This document shows, piece by piece, positions 36,025 through 39,387 of a stretch of DNA of 39,387 bases. How positions within the stretch are numbered: the stretch's first letter is position 1; each line of letters opens with the position of its first letter. The translations under genes and the position numbers were made by a program. The stretch comes from a candidate division WOR-3 bacterium (GTDB lineage Bacteria; Hydrothermota; Tepidihabitantia; Tepidihabitantales; Tepidihabitantaceae), in the NCBI GenBank assembly GCA_965648935.1, contig CBFGIY010000015.1:1-39387 (forward strand), given 5' to 3'. The notes under the pieces are model-generated. The model did not search any database. It had not been told where the DNA came from and saw nothing but the letters and a program-made list of their open reading frames with translations.

Positions 36025-36097
36025 AGTATCAGACCGCCCGCGCGCCAGTCAAGCCGTTCGATTGCCGGCTTGCGCCTCGGCCGGGACGCGGTAGAAT
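36025..36097. promoter_or_regulatory. Divergent promoters TTGACT-16-GATACT (minus) and TTGCGC-16-TAGAAT (plus)
   Basis: Read directly between the GT-C and S8 genes. Confidence 0.65.
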
Positions 36098-36125
36098 GAC
36101 TGACCTGTCCCCCAGAGGAGGCCTG

Positions 36126-39100
36126 ATGCTGCGTGGTAATGTGCTTTTCACCTTGTGCCTGTTCGCGCTCGCCGGGGCGCCGGCGGTCTGGGCAGGGCCT
36201 GCCCGCCTGAGCTTTGTCCAGGGCTACAGCTTCGACCCGCTGGCTGAATCGCCTGACCTGCCGCCTGCTTTGCGCGCCGCCGACCCGGACCCCGGGTCCG
36301 CTGCTCCCGGCTACTACATCCTGCAATTCCACGGCCCGGTGCGGCCCGAGCACAGGCGCGCGGTCGAACGCGCCGGGGCCGAACTGCTGTGGTACCTGCC
36401 CGACTACGCTTTCATCGCCCGCATCCCCGGAGCCAGGCTCGCCGCGGTTGCGGCCCTGCCCGAGGTTCGCTGGCTCGGCCCGGACCAGCCGGCGTGGAAG
36501 CTCTGCCCGGGCCTTGACCGGCTTGCGCTGGATGAGTCGCGCTCGGACGAAGTGCTGCGGCTCATAGTAGTCTTCTTTTCGGGCGAGGACGGCCCGGCAC
36601 TGGTTGAGAGGCTCAAAGCGCTCGGCGCGGCCGAGGTTGCGACCGAGTTCAACCGCTGGAATCTTTCCTGCCGTATCGATCTGCGGGCCGGGGCCCTGGC
36701 CGAACTGGCGCGCATCCCGGGCGTGTACTGGGTCGAACCCTACGGCGAGCTCACCCCGGACAACGAAGACGTCCAGTGGGTCAACCAGCGCGGCTGGTCG
36801 GCTTCGGACACGACGCGCACGGTCTGGCGCAAGGGCGTATCCGGCCGCCGCCTGATTGTCGGGATCACCGACACGCCGCTGTGGACCGGCCACGACCTGT
36901 TCCGCGATCCGGTCAACAACACGCCCGGCCCGAACCATCGCAAGATCGTGCGCTACACCGGCACGCTCGGCGCCGACGCTCACGGCACCCACACGACCGG
37001 CACGCTCTGCGGCGACGACGGCCCGGTCGGCGGCACCTCGCCGGACGACGGCCTGGCCAGGGACGCCCGTGTATATTTCCAGAACTACTCGGCGCTGGCC
37101 GCGAACTGGGACATGAACAACTGGCTGGCCGGACCCGACTCGGGCCTGAACATCGCGGTCGACTCGCTGCGCGCGCTCAACCACTCGATGAGCCTGTCAC
37201 GCAAGGACACATTCAATATATACATATTCACCGATATGACCGCGGACCAGTTCATCTGGAACCACCGCAAGTTCATGCACTGCAACTCGATGGGCAACTA
37301 CGGCACGAACCAGATGGGCCACCCGGTGATGGCCAAGAACATCATCTCCACCGGCGGCACCCTGAACGGTACTTCCTGCCGCACTTTCTACACGACCTCC
37401 TCGCGCGGCCCGACCGCGGACGGCCGAAGGAAGCCCCAGCTCATATCGCCGGCCGACGGCATCGTATCGGCGGCCTCAAGCGGCGCGTCGAACTACGTCT
37501 CGATGTCCGGCACCTCGATGGCCACCCCCAATATGACCGCGGCCACCGCGCTCATCCGCGATTACTTCCGCAAGGGCTTCTACCCGACCGGCGACACGCT
37601 CACCGGCACCCGCCGGGAGATCTCGGCCGCGCTCAACAAGGCGGTCGCCATCGTCGGCGCCGACAACGACATCACCGGCTACACCGTGCCCGACAACAAC
37701 GTCGGCTGGGGCCGGGTCAACCTCGACGCCTCGCTTCACTTCGCCGGCGACACTTCGAAGCTCTGGGTGCTTGACGACACCGTCGGCCTGGTAACGGGCG
37801 ATTCCTCTCTCTGGCCGCTCGAGGTCACCTCATCGGCGCTGCCCCTGCGCGTCAGCCTCTGCTGGACCGATTACCCCGGCACGATGCGCGCCGCCCGCAT
37901 AATCGTCAACGACCTTGACCTCACGCTCACTTCGCCCGGCGGCACGGCTTACCGGGGCAATGTATACGCGGCCGGCCAGTCGGCCACCGGCGGCGTGCAC
38001 GACTCGGTCAACGTCGAGGAGTGTTGCCGGATAAACTCGCCCCAGGTCGGCACATGGACCGTGAAGGTGCGCGCGCGCAACGCGCCCCAGGGTCCCCAGC
38101 CCTACGCGCTCGCCTGCATCGGCGCGTTCGGCACGGCCGCGGCCGGCGACGTCGGGGTGACGCACATCGTCGCGCCGACCGGCACGATCGACTCGACTCA
38201 GAGCGTGACCCCGGCCTGCTCGGTGTACAACTACGGCGCTCAGCCGGCGAGCTACGGCGTGCGGATGCGCGTCGGCTCGGGCTACAATCAGACTGCGGCA
38301 GTAAGCGGCCACGCGCCCGGCACGGCCCGCTACGTGACCTTCCCGGCTGCGGCCGACTGGCCGCGCGGCACGCTCGCCGTGTCCTGCTCGACCGAGCTTC
38401 TGGCCGACGCCAACCCGGCCAACGACCGCCGCGCCGGCTCGGTCACGGTCCGCGTTGCCGACGTCGGGGTGCAGAGCCTGGTTCTGCCCGTGGCCGGCAT
38501 CGACTCGGGCGCGGTGTTCGTGCCGGCCTGCACGCTGTTCAACCGCGGCACCGCGGCCGCGTCCTACCCGGTCCGGCTGACAATCGGCTCGTTCTACGAC
38601 CGCACCGCATCGGTTTCGAACCACGCCGCGGGCGCGCCCTACTACCTCCAGTTCCCGGCCTGCACCGCGCGCGTGCGCGGGGCGCAGACCGTGGCCTGCT
38701 CGACCCGGCTCGACGGCGATATGAACCGCGCCAACGACCGCATGGCCGGCCAGGTCTACGTTGATGTCAACGACGTCGCTCTGCGCGTCCTGCTCTCGCC
38801 GGCCGGCATCGTCGACTCCGGCGCATCTGTCGTGCCGGCCTGCTCGGTCGCCAACAACGGCACCGGCCCGGCAAGCTTCGCGGTGCGGCTGCGCGTCGGC
38901 ACCGAGTTCGAGCGGGTCGAGAGCGTCCCTTCGCTGGCCGCGGGCGGGCGGGCGCTCGTCAGCTTCCCGGCATGGACCGCGACCGCGCGCGGCGCCTTCA
39001 CCGTCGCGTGCAGCGTGCGCTATGCCCTTGACCGCGTCGCGGCCAACGACACCCTGTCCGGCGTTGTGCTCGTCCGCGTGCTTGACGCCGCGGCGACGGG

Positions 39101-39387
39101 CATCGTCACGCCCGCGGGCAGTGCACTGCCCGGCCAGGCCATCACGCCCCGCGTCCGGGTGAAGAACTGCGGCAACACGGCAGTCGACATACCGGTCAGC
39201 CTGCGCATCGGCACCGGCTACTCCGATACGCGCACCGCCGCGGCCATCGGCCCCCAGGCCGAGGTTGAGGTCAGCTTCGCCGCGTGGACCCCGGGCATCG
39301 GCGTGTTCGCGACCCGCTGCTCGGTCGGCCTGCCCGGGGACCGCTACCCGGCCAACGACCTTGTCGCCGGGCAGGTGTCCACGCTCG
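36126..39387 (+). CDS. S8 subtilase (Kp43-like) with CARDB-like Ig repeats; 3' end outside the window
   Basis: Manually translated: SD GAGGAGG, signal MLRGNVLFTLCLFALAGAPAVWA, GITDTP, HGTHTTG, SRGPTADGRRKP, SGTSMATP, GWGRVNL, VNDLDL, then four DVG...C...N.G...AND repeats. Confidence 0.92.
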   Translation, partial: MLRGNVLFTLCLFALAGAPAVWAGPARLSFVQGYSFDPLAESPDLPPALRAADPDPGSAAPGYYILQFHGPVRPEHRRAVERAGAELLWYLPDYAFIARIPGARLAAVAALPEVRWLGPDQPAWKLCPGLDRLALDESRSDEVLRLIVVFFSGEDGPALVERLKALGAAEVATEFNRWNLSCRIDLRAGALAELARIPGVYWVEPYGELTPDNEDVQWVNQRGWSASDTTRTVWRKGVSGRRLIVGITDTPLWTGHDLFRDPVNNTPGPNHRKIVRYTGTLGADAHGTHTTGTLCGDDGPVGGTSPDDGLARDARVYFQNYSALAANWDMNNWLAGPDSGLNIAVDSLRALNHSMSLSRKDTFNIYIFTDMTADQFIWNHRKFMHCNSMGNYGTNQMGHPVMAKNIISTGGTLNGTSCRTFYTTSSRGPTADGRRKPQLISPADGIVSAASSGASNYVSMSGTSMATPNMTAATALIRDYFRKGFYPTGDTLTGTRREISAALNKAVAIVGADNDITGYTVPDNNVGWGRVNLDASLHFAGDTSKLWVLDDTVGLVTGDSSLWPLEVTSSALPLRVSLCWTDYPGTMRAARIIVNDLDLTLTSPGGTAYRGNVYAAGQSATGGVHDSVNVEECCRINSPQVGTWTVKVRARNAPQGPQPYALACIGAFGTAAAGDVGVTHIVAPTGTIDSTQSVTPACSVYNYGAQPASYGVRMRVGSGYNQTAAVSGHAPGTARYVTFPAAADWPRGTLAVSCSTELLADANPANDRRAGSVTVRVADVGVQSLVLPVAGIDSGAVFVPACTLFNRGTAAASYPVRLTIGSFYDRTASVSNHAAGAPYYLQFPACTARVRGAQTVACSTRLDGDMNRANDRMAGQVYVDVNDVALRVLLSPAGIVDSGASVVPACSVANNGTGPASFAVRLRVGTEFERVESVPSLAAGGRALVSFPAWTATARGAFTVACSVRYALDRVAANDTLSGVVLVRVLDAAATGIVTPAGSALPGQAITPRVRVKNCGNTAVDIPVSLRIGTGYSDTRTAAAIGPQAEVEVSFAAWTPGIGVFATRCSVGLPGDRYPANDLVAGQVSTL

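Noticed and set aside
33785..37184. Long N-terminal extensions of the two GT-C ORFs in the track (to 34186 and 37184)
   Set aside because: They overlap the upstream GT-C or the S8 gene and cross a divergent promoter pair
1..39387. CRISPR arrays, tRNA, rRNA, IS elements, DGR reverse transcriptase
   Set aside because: No regular repeat-spacer array, cloverleaf, transposase or RT motif recognised by eye; a covariance-model search could still find RNAs

Overview
High-GC (~70%) bacterial chromosomal window. The families of secreted proteins suggest an FCB-group lineage such as candidate phylum WOR-3, which is an inference only. The left half (1-19.6 kb) is mostly housekeeping and redox genes: GlcD-like FAD oxidase, trxA, an ArsR regulator, two outer-membrane proteins, a Cys-rich mini-protein, a ThiD2-like gene, recA-recX-(secreted FG-GAP protein)-alaS, LCP-der, a hydrolase/DUF364/BtrK-like decarboxylase operon, an orphan solute-binding protein and Mrp-DsrE-methyltransferase. 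The right half (20.1-39.4 kb) is a cell-surface island. It holds modular signal-peptide proteins with T9SS-like C-terminal Ig domains, a phage-tail-fibre-like adhesin with an S74 chaperone coupled to a small CTD-bearing partner, two GT-C membrane glycosyltransferases, and a Kp43-type S8 protease that runs off the window and is absent from the ORF track. Main unexplained signals: (1) 13 of 15 sigma70-like promoters have a 16-bp spacer, and several appear leaderless; (2) period-7 degenerate repeat arrays occur both between genes and inside a coding CTD; (3) the fibre + partner module has Cys in place of the usual S74 Ser; (4) dense D-S/T sequons occur in exported proteins that flank the GT-C genes; (5) a Lys-rich beta-propeller is shared between two surface proteins; (6) a structured 500-bp intergenic region has no assigned function. 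No tRNA, rRNA, CRISPR array or transposase was recognised. All family calls come from motif recognition by eye, not from database searches.
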